64,000 bases of DNA. Origin: Lama glama (Eukaryota). Where the stretch lies: NCBI GenBank assembly GCA_028534125.1, contig CM052817.1:15936001-16000000 (forward strand), in the 5' to 3' direction. This document shows, piece by piece, positions 13,081-25,790 of the stretch. Every line of letters begins with the position of its first letter. Positions within the stretch are counted from its first letter, which is position 1. The notes under the pieces were generated by a model. It was not told where the DNA came from. It did not search any database and saw only the letters and a program-made list of their open reading frames with translations. Made by a program: the position numbers and the translations under genes.

Positions 13081-15065
13081 GCCCCAGTCCCTTGAGAGCA
13101 GGGAATTGCAATCCAGAAGGAAAGAGGCAAGAGGAAGAAACACACATGTAAGAATGCGTTTAATATAATAAAGAAAGAAAACTGTCACGTAAGAAAGGAA
13201 GTTGGTCAGGCTTGGCAAGAAGGGCAGGCACAAATGAGTGCTGTCAGAAATGACAGTGACCAGACACTGTCCAGGAACGGGTTTGGTCACTGCAACGTAC
13301 AAAAGCAGATGACCAACAGAAGCAACAATCCACAGAACAGGAACGAGACCAGCCCAGACTTAAAATGTTTACCAGTTCCCTCCGTGAAGGATTGTGGGCC
13401 GAAAGGAAACTCACATTTACAACGGTCTGTTTGAAATTGATCGTGCCCTACCTAAATTAGCAGTTTGATATAATTTAGTGTGAGTCTAACTCATTGTTAT
13501 ATAATCCATCTCTTTTTGTGACAGGTTCCGCTTAAAGCCCCCAGTGGTATCGATTACATCCAAACTCCTCAGGTCTGAGCAGAGCCTGCAGAGTTGCAGG
13601 GTACCCATGCAAGGACTGGCCGGCTCTCACTGGTCCTGTTCACATCCTGGGCTTCCACAGCAGAAAGTAACGTGGGAAAGTCATGTAGATTGACTCCATG
13701 AAAAAGGGAAATACACACACACCCTTGGCTTAAATTTTTCCATCTTGCCGCGGGCTCATTCTCCTTGCCAATGTCATACTTCAGTTTACGTGCTTCTCTG
13801 ACCTCCAAAGCACTACACTTCTCTGAAGACCTGTTCACCATTTGATCGTGTGCTGCTTAGTGTCCCTCGGTGGTCCTCAGTGGTATGGCAGGTAGAATTC
13901 AATTTCCCTTAGCTTCACTGCCTCCCACGACTATCCAGCAGTACCCAAATGCATGTGCCACCTCTCAGTTTGATTTTGACTTTTTCCACCCCTTACTGTA
14001 CACTGGCCTCCTCTGGAATCCTCACCCCAACCCTGCTCTGCATTCTAAACAGTCTACATATCTCTCAAGATTTAGCTAAAGCATTCCTTCTGTGGGGAAG
14101 TGACTTTTCAGGGAAGGGGTCGGACGCTCCTAGAGCATCACTGTGGTCCCACCTCTTCCCTCCTCATCCTAGTTATCACTCACTTGCTTATTCTTCTGGT
14201 AGATTGTGGGGAGGAAATTGGTCATTTTCACTTTTTGATGCTGAGTAGCCGAGTGTAACAACAAACAACCCTTTTCAGCAACAGAGCATGCTTTAAACGG
14301 TGGGGTAAACTCTAGTTAGCCTTCCAAAGGAAGCCTGACTTTGGGCCAAATCCGAAAGACCCTCAAAGGCAAGAAAGACTGTAAATCTAGAAGCTCCTAG
14401 AGATGCTAAGGAGCAAGCATGCGCTTCTCCTCTTCGGCAGGACTGATGTCTGCATGACACAAGCAAGAGGACTTTGCACTGGTGCTCAGACGTCGCATTT
14501 ATAAGCACTTTCACAGCTGTGATAGAATTGTCTACTTTGATGAAATGGAGGCATTGGAGGCTAACAATGATTGAACACGCACCTCTTACCAGTACTTTTC
14601 ATGTGTTATATCGCTTAACGACCTGAAGCGGTAAGTGTCATCCCCATTTATTATGCAAAGTCCAAAGACATCCAGAAAGTGAGCAGCAATCATGACTCCA
14701 ACTTAGGTCCGAGATGGGAAAAGATCTTGCCACCAGAGTGGGGCTTCCACAGAAGAGAAAAATCTGTCTATTTGTTGGTCTTAACTGTATCAATCAAAAA
14801 GATTTCCCACTCGGAACTGCAGAATAGGCTTCCCCATGAAGCAAGTTCACTGCTTCTCATTCTCAGTGCTAAGTAGATCTGCTCAATACCTAGAGATCAG
14901 CTCACAAAGCTTGCGTAGACAGTAAGCTACCCTCTCTGCTCCATTCTTCCCGTCTTCTGTCTCCCCCTCTCTCCCACTGCATTTCCCCTGAGAAAGCCTC
15001 TTAATATGTTCTATGTCTGCAAAACAAGGAGTGCCTAGACGCAGGAAACCTATAAAGACCTGGGC

Positions 15066-15290
15066 CAAGGGTCAACAAAATTTTTCTGTCAGGAGCCGAA
15101 GAGTCAATACTTTTAGAATCTGAAAGCCATATGGTCTCTATCCCAACTATTCAACTCTGCCATTGTAGCACAAAAACAGCCACAGACAACATGTAAATAA
15201 ATAAATATGGCTGTATCCCAATAAAACTTTCTTTTCCAAAACAGGTGGCCAGCCACATTTGGCCCAAGAGCTATAATTTGCCAACACCTG
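15066..15290 (-). mobile_element. MER58A hAT-Charlie MITE, full length
   Basis: Reverse complement of the element at 1690-1912: caagggtcaacaaa...ccaataaaactt...tttgccaacacctg. Confidence 0.88.
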
Positions 15291-15298
15291 GTCTAGTC

Positions 15299-15494
15299 CA
15301 AGGGCAGTAAATGTATTTCATCTCTTGTGCCAGCTTTGATCAATTCGTGGTAGTTGGCTTCCTGGAGCTCTGTGTTTACAACAATTCTAAGGCTATCTAT
15401 GGGCTTAACAGGAAAGATGCTATGATCCATTAGTGATGTCTGCTATAGGTATTGAAAGATCATGGGGGGAACACGTGCCATATTTGCATCTTTG
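15299..15494 (-). mobile_element. hAT-Charlie MITE (MER117-like)
   Basis: tttcatctcttgtgccagc...gatccattagtgatgtctgc...acacgtgccatatttgcatc matches the recalled MER117 consensus in reverse; about 196 bp. Confidence 0.75.
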
Positions 15495-18118
15495 GTTAAG
15501 CTTTGAGTACACAAATGAGTTTACAAAGAGACCATGAGACAATATATAGTTTTCAAATAGCCAGAGACCCATCAAAACTGAGTGGTCACCCAGCTACCAT
15601 GCTGCCACCATCTCTGTCCCTAGTCAATTTCAGCTAGCTTCTATTCTAAATGGGTCACAACACAGGAGCCTATGATTTGGAAAAAGAAGAAAGTCAGAAA
15701 ATCTCTCCCTAGATCAAATCTAAAAGTAAATCACACTTTGAGAAGTTGGATTAGGCAAAAGACCTTTTTTTTATCTAAGGTTTGTACGCCAGATTACCTA
15801 GGATTAAGCAAGCATCCTGCTCTCTCTGTAGCAAAAGCAACTGTAGCAGGTGGGAACTGTTTTTCTTTTTTAAAGACTCTCCATTAATAACTGCCAAGAA
15901 AGCCCTTTCTACAAGCAATGTTGTCGACAACAGAGACGGTTCAAGAATCATATTTTGAGTTAATATTGAACTTGCAAGTAAATACATAAAGCTTCAGCGC
16001 CATAAAGCTAATTTAAAAGGGACATTTCTCTTTATAGTTCCCTGGAGTGTTATAGACTCGATGATATTCTTCTGCTATAATGTGGGATTCATTAAAGAAC
16101 TGAAGTTATAATTGTCTCCATCAGTACATATGAGCCAACTGGATAAATCGTCCAGAGGAATTGGTTAATACAACCTCAAGTCCTCAGTATGAAGTTCTCC
16201 ACCTGACCCCTGGCAGGTGGGCAGAAAACCCAAGGTTGAATTTTCACTTGTGAGAATATCAGAGAAGGGAATTCGAAGGGAATTTCCAAAGCATGACAAT
16301 CTTTGCACCCGCAAGACAATTTCCACTTCACAATTTTATCTCTAAAAATGGAAAATGATATAGTAACTAAATGCATACGTGTATATTTTTAAGATTTAGG
16401 TAACAATTGTGTAATTATTTATTGAATCAATATTATCTTTCTCATCATGTCAATAATGGAAAATTCACATTTAACTGGAAAATACATATCATATGATGGC
16501 ATTTCTTTTTATCCATCGTGTTTCGATATTGTTTCTGTACAACGGCAGGGTAAAGACATGAAGTAGCAAAGAGAAAGTAAAGTAAAAAACTATGCAAAAT
16601 GATATCTTCTCAGTTAATCAATGGGAAGGCCATGTGACAACAGGAAACTTGGAATAACACAACTTTTGCACTAAACTCACTACCGATTTTACTGACAGCA
16701 GTTTTGGAAGAGTAAGAAAATGCGGAGTACATTGGCCAGATATAGATATAATTTTGTCTGTTTAAGGTTTCTGTGCATTATCATTCATAAAATATGTATG
16801 GCTTTATTGACTTCCGAGTGAGAACACGAGGTTGCTTTCCTTTTAGAACAGAAAACGTCAGGGAGCAGCCTGGCAGTCGGCAGCTCTCATGCGCAAGGCT
16901 GCGGTAGCTGGGTGAGTGGCCTCTGTTGGAATGTTTTGATCCCCCTTAGTTGTTGTCAGGTTTAAGGACTATTTCAGTGATTAAAATTCCAAATGAAATG
17001 CGGTGACTAAAATCAGAAACGAAGATGCTTGATTTACTATGTATCATGAACCTATGAATACATATTCATTTATTACAGGCAAAAGAGGCAGCGATGGTAA
17101 CAGGGAGCCCTGGAGATTCTTTTCCCCGTGTTTTGTTTGGGCTGGTTACAGACAACAAAAGAAACGGCACATGGCAGCATTTCTAGCCGGTGCAGATCTG
17201 CTAGAACACCAAGGACTTCTTCCCGAGTGCCTTTACAAGCCACGCTATTCCCTACCCTCTTCTGTAGAAGTTATCGCTGTATTAGATGTTGTTGAACATA
17301 TTTGATATGAAAGCATTGTCTGTTTGCTACCAGTATCTAACGAGTCTCTCCCCCAGAGTTGCCAGCAAGGTGCTGATTAATTAACTGAAGTAGTGAAGCT
17401 GAATCGTACAACAGCTGTTTAGAGAATTGTCATTAACTTGGTCTCCTTTCCTGTCTATTAGCTTTCTTGCAGCAATTCCACTAAAATGCAAATCTGGGAA
17501 GCTCAGCATCTCCACCTACCTTAACCTCTGTGCCCTCTTTGCTGCAAAAAAAAAAAAAAAAAAAAAGAGTGAATGGTCAGGGCTGATTTACTTTTAAGAG
17601 AAATCAGATGAGGAAAGAGCAATGAAAAGAAGCCATATGAAGGTAAAGAAGGGATTTTGGAAACATCCTAGAAGTCCCTGTTTGTCTTGTCACTTGTCAT
17701 TGGCAGCTGACAAGAGGACAGGCCGTTGGGCTGAATGTCACAAGGGGAACTGCAGCTACCCTGAGTTTATTGACCAGTTCAGCTATCTGACCATCTCTCC
17801 CCGGGACGTCCTCCTCGCGCTGGAGGGGAAAAGGCAGTCTGCAAGGCAGAGAGCGTGCAGAGACGAGCCGTGAGGCCAGGCCGATGTAGCTGGTCCTTGG
17901 GAGTGAGGGCAGTTGGCGAAGGATACCAACCTGTAGACCTCGGCTGCCCCAAGAACAAGGATGATTATCCAGAGGACCAGATCCATATTAAGTGGCAGAT
18001 GGGAGGGAGGGTTGAGTTGATGAGACACAAGAATGTCATTAAAACGTTCTGTGGTAAGGTGTAGTGACTCAGACCAGATAAAAATAATGCTTTTTTGTAA
18101 AAAAAAAAAAAAATTCAG

Positions 18119-18218
18119 TCCTTCCTTCCCTCCCTCCCTTTCTCCTTCCTTCTTTCCTTCCTTCCTTCTTTCTTTTCCTTCCCTTCCCTCTTCCCTTCTT
18201 GTCCTCTTCTTTTTTTTT
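18119..18218. repeat. (CCTT/CCCT)n polypyrimidine low-complexity repeat
   Basis: Read directly from the sequence. Confidence 0.9.
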
Positions 18219-18279
18219 TACATATATTTTTAAGTCTACCTGGCACATTTTGTAAAAGGCAGCGTCTTCCACATGCAGT

Positions 18280-19300
18280 TCAGCAAAATTAATTCATAAC
18301 AGAGTCTGTCACCGTTTCATCCCAGGTATCGCCTGATAACCCCAGTAAGCTCTCCTTATTCCCTCTGACATGAATATCAGAGACTTGGTACCAGAGAGCT
18401 CAGATGTTAACACCTTCTGTCGCTGTAATGGTTACCCCGTGCAATTTCATTTGCCGCGGCACCCCTTCACATCAGACTCACTTGATAAAATAGCTAAGGA
18501 ATTTTTCAAATCTTAGAAAAGGAGACATTAAAGATGTGATTAAATAGCACATCATTGGGTCATCAGGGTATATAATAAAGAAGCTAAATACATCCCCCCA
18601 AATGCAGCAGGTGCTTTTTTTTTAATGAAGGAGATAAATGTAGAAACGAATACATTGATACAGACAGAGCATCTGCCTCATGATAAAATTAAGTCTTGTG
18701 ACAGAAATAAATCACTGTGGGGGAGAAGGAACCCATTCTCCAATGGGATTTTTTCTTTTCTTCTTATGTGACAGGACTTATTGGATTCCCTGACGCTCGG
18801 CAGCTAAGTGCATCCACAATTTGATGATAAATCAGAAAGACTGCAGGATTTGAAATTTAACAACTACTTATTTTTCTGTGATGTAGAGATAAGGGGGAAA
18901 TTTTGGTGAGTAACTATTAAATGAGGAATCTCCTTCTCTTCTGATAATCTGATCTCCTGGTACTGTGTCACAGCATCACGCAATGCCAACAACCAGCGGT
19001 GAGCAAAATAGATTTTGGACAAAGATGAATAAGGGAACTACTTATCTTTCGCCTCCTTTCCCAATATTCAGTTTTATCTAAAGAGTACCATAGAAAGGTT
19101 ACTTTTGACACAAAAATATACTGCTCTTATTACACTTTCCTTTTTATCCCCTTCAATACTTTTAAAAATGGCAATAAAAGCATGTTTTTCTTTTTAAAAC
19201 ATTTTCACATTGGAACAATAGAAAAGGAAAATCTATATATCATGTGAAAAATACACAGGAACTAACAGAGCTCAGGATTACTTTACCGTGTTTGATAAAT
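18280..19300. promoter_or_regulatory. Candidate enhancer (homotypic GATA cluster in TE-free DNA)
   Basis: Ten WGATAA sites in about 965 bp, plus E-boxes and TGACA motifs; no recognisable interspersed repeat. Function is inferred, not shown. Confidence 0.4.
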
Positions 19301-21339
19301 GTGACTTGAAAAAACACACTTTCGCGTTTTAATGATTCCCTTTGTTATAACACGCTATTAATTACAAGGAGTGGGGGGGTACATCTCTCCAAGCTGTACC
19401 TTTCTTTTTCCCCATGCTGAATCTTGGCAGTACCTTGAGGGCCTGGTTAATGCTTGCACCAATCACAAACTCTCATACTGAACTATACACATTGCCCTTC
19501 CAAGCAGTGGAGAGGGAGAAATCAAACGATTTTTGGCTCCAGATAATTTTTTTAAGTGAGGACATGGTAGCTCTTCAAGAGGAACCTGATCCATCGTGTG
19601 AAAATACAGTTACAATCTAACAACTGACATCCCAGAGAACACTCAGAAACAGTGCACTGTTGAGCCCAGGTATATTTCACAAGCCAGACCAGAATCTATT
19701 TTCTTGTAAACTAAATCAAGTGCACTGTCAGGCTGTGATCTGATTTTTCTTTTTTCCTTCTACATAGTGCCTTGTAAAGGGCCAAAGGTGAGGTTGGATG
19801 GAGAGGCATGAAACGTTGATCATGGGTAACTATGACAATCTCCTTCAAAAGCATTAACTACTGCAAACTCAGCCTGTCTTCAGAGAGAGCTAACTCCTTG
19901 TGACAACACGAGAAGAGCTGTTGAAGAACTGTAGACCCCTACAGCTGGGTACCAGCCTTAATTAGAGTGCGGCACCGAAACAGACATTCTTCAGGTATCC
20001 GAAGAGGTATAATGAATCTATGAGCTCAAGAAGTAAAATGTATCATCGGCCAAATCCTCCATCACAAAACATGCCAAGAAGTGAAAGAGGGGGGCACACA
20101 ATCCAACCAAACGTCATGACCATCGGGAAGAGAGTCATTCAATGTGGTTTGCTACTTAGTTGCTCAGTTTCACACAAACTGGATGGTAAAAACAACAATA
20201 ACAAAGAGAGAGTCAGACATTTCTGAGAGTGTCTGGAAATCTGGAACATTTTTCTATGCTTGATAAATTTGGTTTGACCTAATTTGTCATTTCCAGGGAG
20301 CAGAAGTCACTGATCTCCTTGCAATTTGCTTTTGAGACCGTGGAAAGGGTTTTACAACAATCAAGCAAGAATTCTAGCATCATCCCCACAGTAATTATGG
20401 TCTCAAAAGTGCTTGATGCTTTTTTTTTTCTTTTAACAATCATGACAATACTTTCCTAGCTTTGTTTTCCACAAAAACACAAACAAACAAACAAACAAAA
20501 ACTAGACACAATATTGAACTGGCAAGTTTTCCATAGAAACCTCAAGATAAAGGACTGGAAAAGGTACTTTTCAGTGTCTTTCATTATATGCGACCATCTC
20601 ACGGCTTGGATCCAGCTATATGTCACGCATATCCACAAATGTCCCATTTTTTGTTGCCATGATTTATTGCAGCCAGACAGCTAAACATAATCACAGGAAG
20701 AATGTGGACCTTTATTATATGGCACTGGGTCCATCTTTTCCAAAACATAGAAACAATCTGAAATGGAAAGCTGTCTTCATTTCAATCTCTTTGGGTTTAT
20801 TTACTCTGATCCTCTTTTGATTACCACAGAGAAATCCATTTATACGATCACACAAGGTATCCTAGTCATGTTTGAAAACTCTGTCCATGAATAAAAAGAA
20901 TGCGATGGAGTCAAAAGCATCTCATTTTCCAGAAGGAAACTATGAGACCCAGAGAGGTAGATGTGTTACCTCACCCACACAGCTGGTTATCAGGTGGGCC
21001 AATCCAGAACACATATCCCCAATTCAGAGTCCAGTATTCTTCCCACTGCACTGTCAAACCTCTTATCTTCTGACCCTCCAAGAGAATAGCACTAAAGAGG
21101 GAAATTGCAGAAAAATCAAAGGTATGCTACTTCAGCCTCTGGGAACTTAGTTGAATATATTTTCAATAGTACATGAGACTTAAAAACAGATGTCCAGTAG
21201 ATGAAAAATTAAAATAGAAAAATTAGAATTAAAAAAAGAAAAAAAATCTATGCAGTCAAAGATCGGAGTGAGGAAGAGGGTGACAGGGTGGACCCTGAAA
21301 CAGTAAACATCTATGAGAATCGCCCAGGCCATGAGGATT

Positions 21340-21690
21340 AATTCAGTTGACACCTATTTCAGGTGCCAAGGAGCCAGCCCCACAGGCATCTTCACAAAAA
21401 GCGTTCTAGGCACAGGGAACAGCAAGGGCAAAGACCCTGAAGAAGAAATGAATCCAGGAAAAAGAAGAAGACCAGAGAGGCTATAATTGAGTCAGCAGGA
21501 GATGGAGTAGAGAGGTAGGCAGAAGTCAGCTCCTGTAGGAACCTCTAAACCCTGGAAAGGAAATCGGCATTTGTTTTGATGGCAACAGGAAGCGAATGGA
21601 GGGTTTTAAGTAAGGATGTGATATGATCAGATTGATTTTTTTTAAAGATGACTTAGGCTGCAGTGTGAAGAATAGATTGTAGGATTGAGA
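21340..21690 (-). mobile_element. L2 LINE fragment
   Basis: gttctaggcacagggaacagcaagggcaaagaccctga...ggagggttttaag...gtgatatgatcagatt, typical antisense L2. Confidence 0.82.
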
Positions 21691-22539
21691 TAATATACAT
21701 CAATTCCTTTTAAAAAATGTTAAGATGAAATCTAAATGGAAGCTGTGGCTGGCATTATATAAATGGCATCGCAATCTTCAAAAATAATAATGCAGTGATA
21801 TTTTTCAGAGACTGTCTTAACTGCTGGCACTGGCCAAAGGCATAGGGTTTGTCCATGTTCTAAAACCCTGAGTAATTGAGCTTTGAAACAGGCAAAGACG
21901 AAACTGCTGTTGGGCCTCATTGGGTTGGGTCGTCATTGGAATTCAAGTCATCTGTGTTGCCACTGCAGCCTGAGAAAGCCCAAACCTCAACACAAGCAAG
22001 TCTCTGGCGCTCAGAATTTCAGAATTCTGTTACCTAAACTTTCCAAACTGCATAGACAGGAAATGATATTTTTTCACAAAGAAGAACCCAAAGAAGGGGA
22101 ATGAGTGATCTGAGGGACAGAAATGAAGTCTCTGCATTGAGAAGGGTCAACAGCCTGTGACTTTGGGGATCAAGGACCGATCACTTGGGGTGATTTAAAT
22201 ACAACCAGTGATTTCCCACAGTGAAGAAGTAATCAAGTCCTGCCCCACAGCTAAGTTCAAGCCAATTAATTTCATCCTGCCAATCTCCCATCAGTTTTGG
22301 TAGTAGCTATGCACAATTAACCCAAAGTAGAGTTCACCTCTAAAGTGCTGCCTGTTGATGACAAATTCCCAGGGATGTCCAGATAAGACAAAAACCAAAA
22401 AGGGATGGTTTATAAGTCTCTTTAGGGAAATCACTGATTGTGTTACTGGTCTTCAACAAAAGATAAAAATTGAATAAATGGCTCAAGAATCACACTAGCC
22501 ACATGTTATGAAAAATTCAAGTTCCCCGATCTGAAAAGG

Positions 22540-22780
22540 CAAACTATGAGAAGAACACCAGGCTTCATAAAGAGACAGATTTGAATTTGAATCCTGCTTC
22601 CATCTCTTACTATGTGAGTGACTTGCCAATCCATTATTTTTACCCCTCTGAGCCTCAGTGTCTTTATCTGTAAAATGAAAGTCATATTGATGGCTGGTTG
22701 TTGGGAGGGTTAAAATGAGGTCATTTTGATAAGGTACATAGTAGGTAAGGCACATAGTAGGTACACAACAAATGTTCATC
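22540..22780 (+). mobile_element. MIR SINE
   Basis: tttgaatcctgcttcc...ctctgagcctcagtgtctttatctgtaaaatg...gcacatagtaggtac. Confidence 0.85.
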
Positions 22781-22855
22781 CCAGACCAGCTTGCCCACCC
22801 TCACCTCCTTTGAGGGCTTTCCAACAGCATTCATGACTTAGAAAGACTCCATATG

Positions 22856-23183
22856 TGCTACTGACTGAATGCCCGTGTCCCCCCAAATTTATATGCTGAA
22901 GTCTAACCCCCAGTGTGATACCATTTGAAGGTGGGGCCTTTGGGAGGTGATTAGGTCATGAGGATGGAGCCCTCATGAATGGGATTAATGCCCTTGTGCT
23001 GAAGACCCCAGACAGTTCCCTTGCCCCTTCCACTGTGAACCAGGAGGCAGGCCCTCATCAGACACTGAATCTGCCAGTACCTTGACTTGAACTTCCAAGC
23101 CTCCAAAGCCATAAGAAATAAATGCTTTTTGTTTTAGTCACCTAGTCTATGGTATTTTTGTTATAGCACCCCAAGCTAAGAAA
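22856..23183 (+). mobile_element. MaLR solo LTR (MLT1A/MLT1A0-like)
   Basis: gaaggtggggcctttgggaggtgattaggtcatgagg...ccctcatgaatgggattaatgccctt...agaaataaatg...ttgttatagcaccc. Confidence 0.9.
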
Positions 23184-24752
23184 TCTAGTTAGAAACAGAG
23201 ATGAAGTCTTCAGGGGAGTGAGAAGCCTTAAGACAGGATCCTGAAGAAATATCCTGGGTCCCCAGGCTATTCCTAAGAAAGGATTCAAATCCAAAAAACA
23301 GCAAAAAAGCATCTGGAAGCTGGTGATTTAAAGACAGTTATAAGCACTAAACTTGTAAGGGAATTCACATTCATATTTTTAAAATGTGAAATAAAAGAAG
23401 AGCTTTTGAGGAAAAGAAAGATATGATTCTTTTTCAAAACAGGTTTGCAAAACTCAGAAGGTAAAGTAAATAGAAACTTAAAATAGGATACAGGAAATTA
23501 TCCTGCTGGATACTGTTAAGAATGAAGTCAGCTTGAGAACTCATGTGACAGCAACCTGGAGAGCCCTGTCCTGAGTCTATCAGTACCAACTGGGTAACCT
23601 TTGGTAATTCTTCCCTCCTCCTCATCCCCTTGAGAGCCTATTCTTCTATTAAATGAGCTAATTAGCTAAGACAATCCCTGCAGATCCTGTCAGATCCAGC
23701 CTTTTCATACATCTACACTGTGGCCCTAAGATCACAGGGACTGAGAAAGCAGTGTTAAGTGTCATGTTATTCACATTTTCATTTCTAGACACAACTGGAG
23801 GTTTCGAGGTTTGAGGTGCTATGCCTAAGCTGGTAGGAAGGACACAGGGTTGGAACTATGAAAAGAACAAACACTAGAAGTGGGGTGGGGGGCAACAGAA
23901 GGGGAGAAAGGCCGAAGTCATGACTATGGCATAATAACTGGCACTGAAATGTGCTGACTGGTTAAAGAGAAAGGTGGAGGGGAATCAACGGAGGAGTGCA
24001 GGGAAGCGAGGGCATATCTACACAAGCCCCAGAGATCTTACCATGTCATTATCATATGGGAACAGGGGCTCAGATTAAGAGTGGGGATTGGAAAAGTCTC
24101 GGGGACATGTAATCCCAGTGAGGCTCATGGGGATGACAAAACCCGCCAAGGTCCTCCAGCTAGTTATAGACTCAGGATCAGAATGAAGACTCTTGACTAT
24201 TGACCAGTTAGTCTTACTTCTCCAGCTGGAGAGCAAGAATGATGCTTTGCAACTTATAGGTTTACCTCTAAATATTGGTTGAAACCAATGTTAATCCATT
24301 ACTCCTCTTCAGAGTAGCACAGTGTAAAAACAATTTCAGAAGGATGCATAACTATGCTCCTCTTTAGGAGCTGAGGGAAAAGACATGCTCGGGCACCTCT
24401 TTGGACTACATTCTGTACTATTTATAACTTGCTAGTCCATTGCTCCATCTGTTAATAGCCCTGATGCCTTCCTCCTGCCATACTGCAGACTGCTCTTCGT
24501 AATTCCAACCACCCAAAACTCAAACGCTACTTCTCACTAGATGACCAAGGCATACCTGTGTGACCAGATGTACCCCAACCCATGTCACATTACAGGAAAA
24601 AAAAAAAACACACTGCTGAGATCAGCACTGGCATTCTGACATTCAAAAATCAGTGCGCAGTAGCATTAATCCTCAAGGCCATCATTCTTCAATCCACATC
24701 CATCTGACTATTGATTTAGCTCATTTTTCCTAGATTTAACATAATCCAACTC

Positions 24753-24941
24753 TAATGTGCATCAATTCTAAGACGCACATCTTTTCACATTCTGCCATCT
24801 GAAATGTTGAGGTCTAAAATTGGGAGTCATTTTACAATAAATAGTATGTCATAGTTTAATTGGCAGTGTTTGTTCCTTCTTCGTGATAAAGAAAGTAATC
24901 GTGTTTCATACCAGTACGTATCTTAGACTCAATGAAATGCA
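24753..24941 (+). mobile_element. MER104-like TcMar-Tc2 MITE
   Basis: catcaattctaagacgcacat...gtcatagtttaattggcag...atcttagactcaatgaaat; the termini are imperfect inverted repeats. Confidence 0.8.
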
Positions 24942-25184
24942 GTATTCAAAGCAGAAATGGATGGCCATTTCCTTACCAAAGCTCCAGGAGAGTGAACTGC
25001 CCATTTTCCTCTTTGTCTCTCTCTCTCTGTCTCCCTCTATGTCTCTCTCCTTCTCTTCTTCCCTTCCTCCTGCCTCTTCCCTCCCTCCCTCCCTCCTTTT
25101 CATGTGTATACACATGCTCTATCTCTACCACTCCCTCTCGTTCTCTTGTCCTTCCCTCATTTTAATTCCCTCTGGGGCAGGCAC

Positions 25185-25790
25185 TACACTAAGCACTGGG
25201 GAAGAAATAATGAGCCAAAACGGAAGTGCTCCCTCCCCACGTGGTCCCACCTACTAGGGAGAGGCAGACACTGATCAAATAGTACAAGAACCAGTGTAAA
25301 GCTACAAGCAGAGTAAATTCTTACAGGGAGAGGTGCATCGTGCTACGAAGGAGTACAGAACAGAGTATCGACCTAGCTGGGAAGACTTCCCGGAGAAGGA
25401 AAGAGTGAGCGGGATATCCTGCTTGGGAAGAAGTGAAGATGAAGGTTACAGGCAGAGCCTTTTGTGTGGAGGAACTTTCGTATCACAACGTCTTTTGGTA
25501 GACAGATGGAAGTAAAGCTTTGAGAAAACTATGCTGCTGGAGCCCAGAGAATAAGAGGGAGCATGGACGGGGGGTGAGATGGGTCAGGAGTCAGACTATG
25601 GCTGGGCTCTGTCTTTATCTTCAGAGAATTTGAAGGCTTTGAAGAGATAAAACCAAGGGGGAGAGCAGGGGAGGCAGGATGCTCGGATCAAAAGCAGCGT
25701 TCTAGGTGCCAGGTGGGGTCGCAGCGGAGGGTGAGAGCTGGGAGACCATTCTCGTGGCCCAGGTGAGAAGTGATGGAGAACTACGGGCTC
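25185..25790 (-). mobile_element. L2 LINE fragment
   Basis: caggcactacactaagcactgggga...gggagaggcagac...gggaagacttcccggagaagg...cccaggtgagaagtgatgg. Confidence 0.75.

Noticed and set aside
19900..20220. Strong minus-strand acceptor at 20179
   Set aside because: All three frames stop within about 40 nt and there is no good donor nearby.
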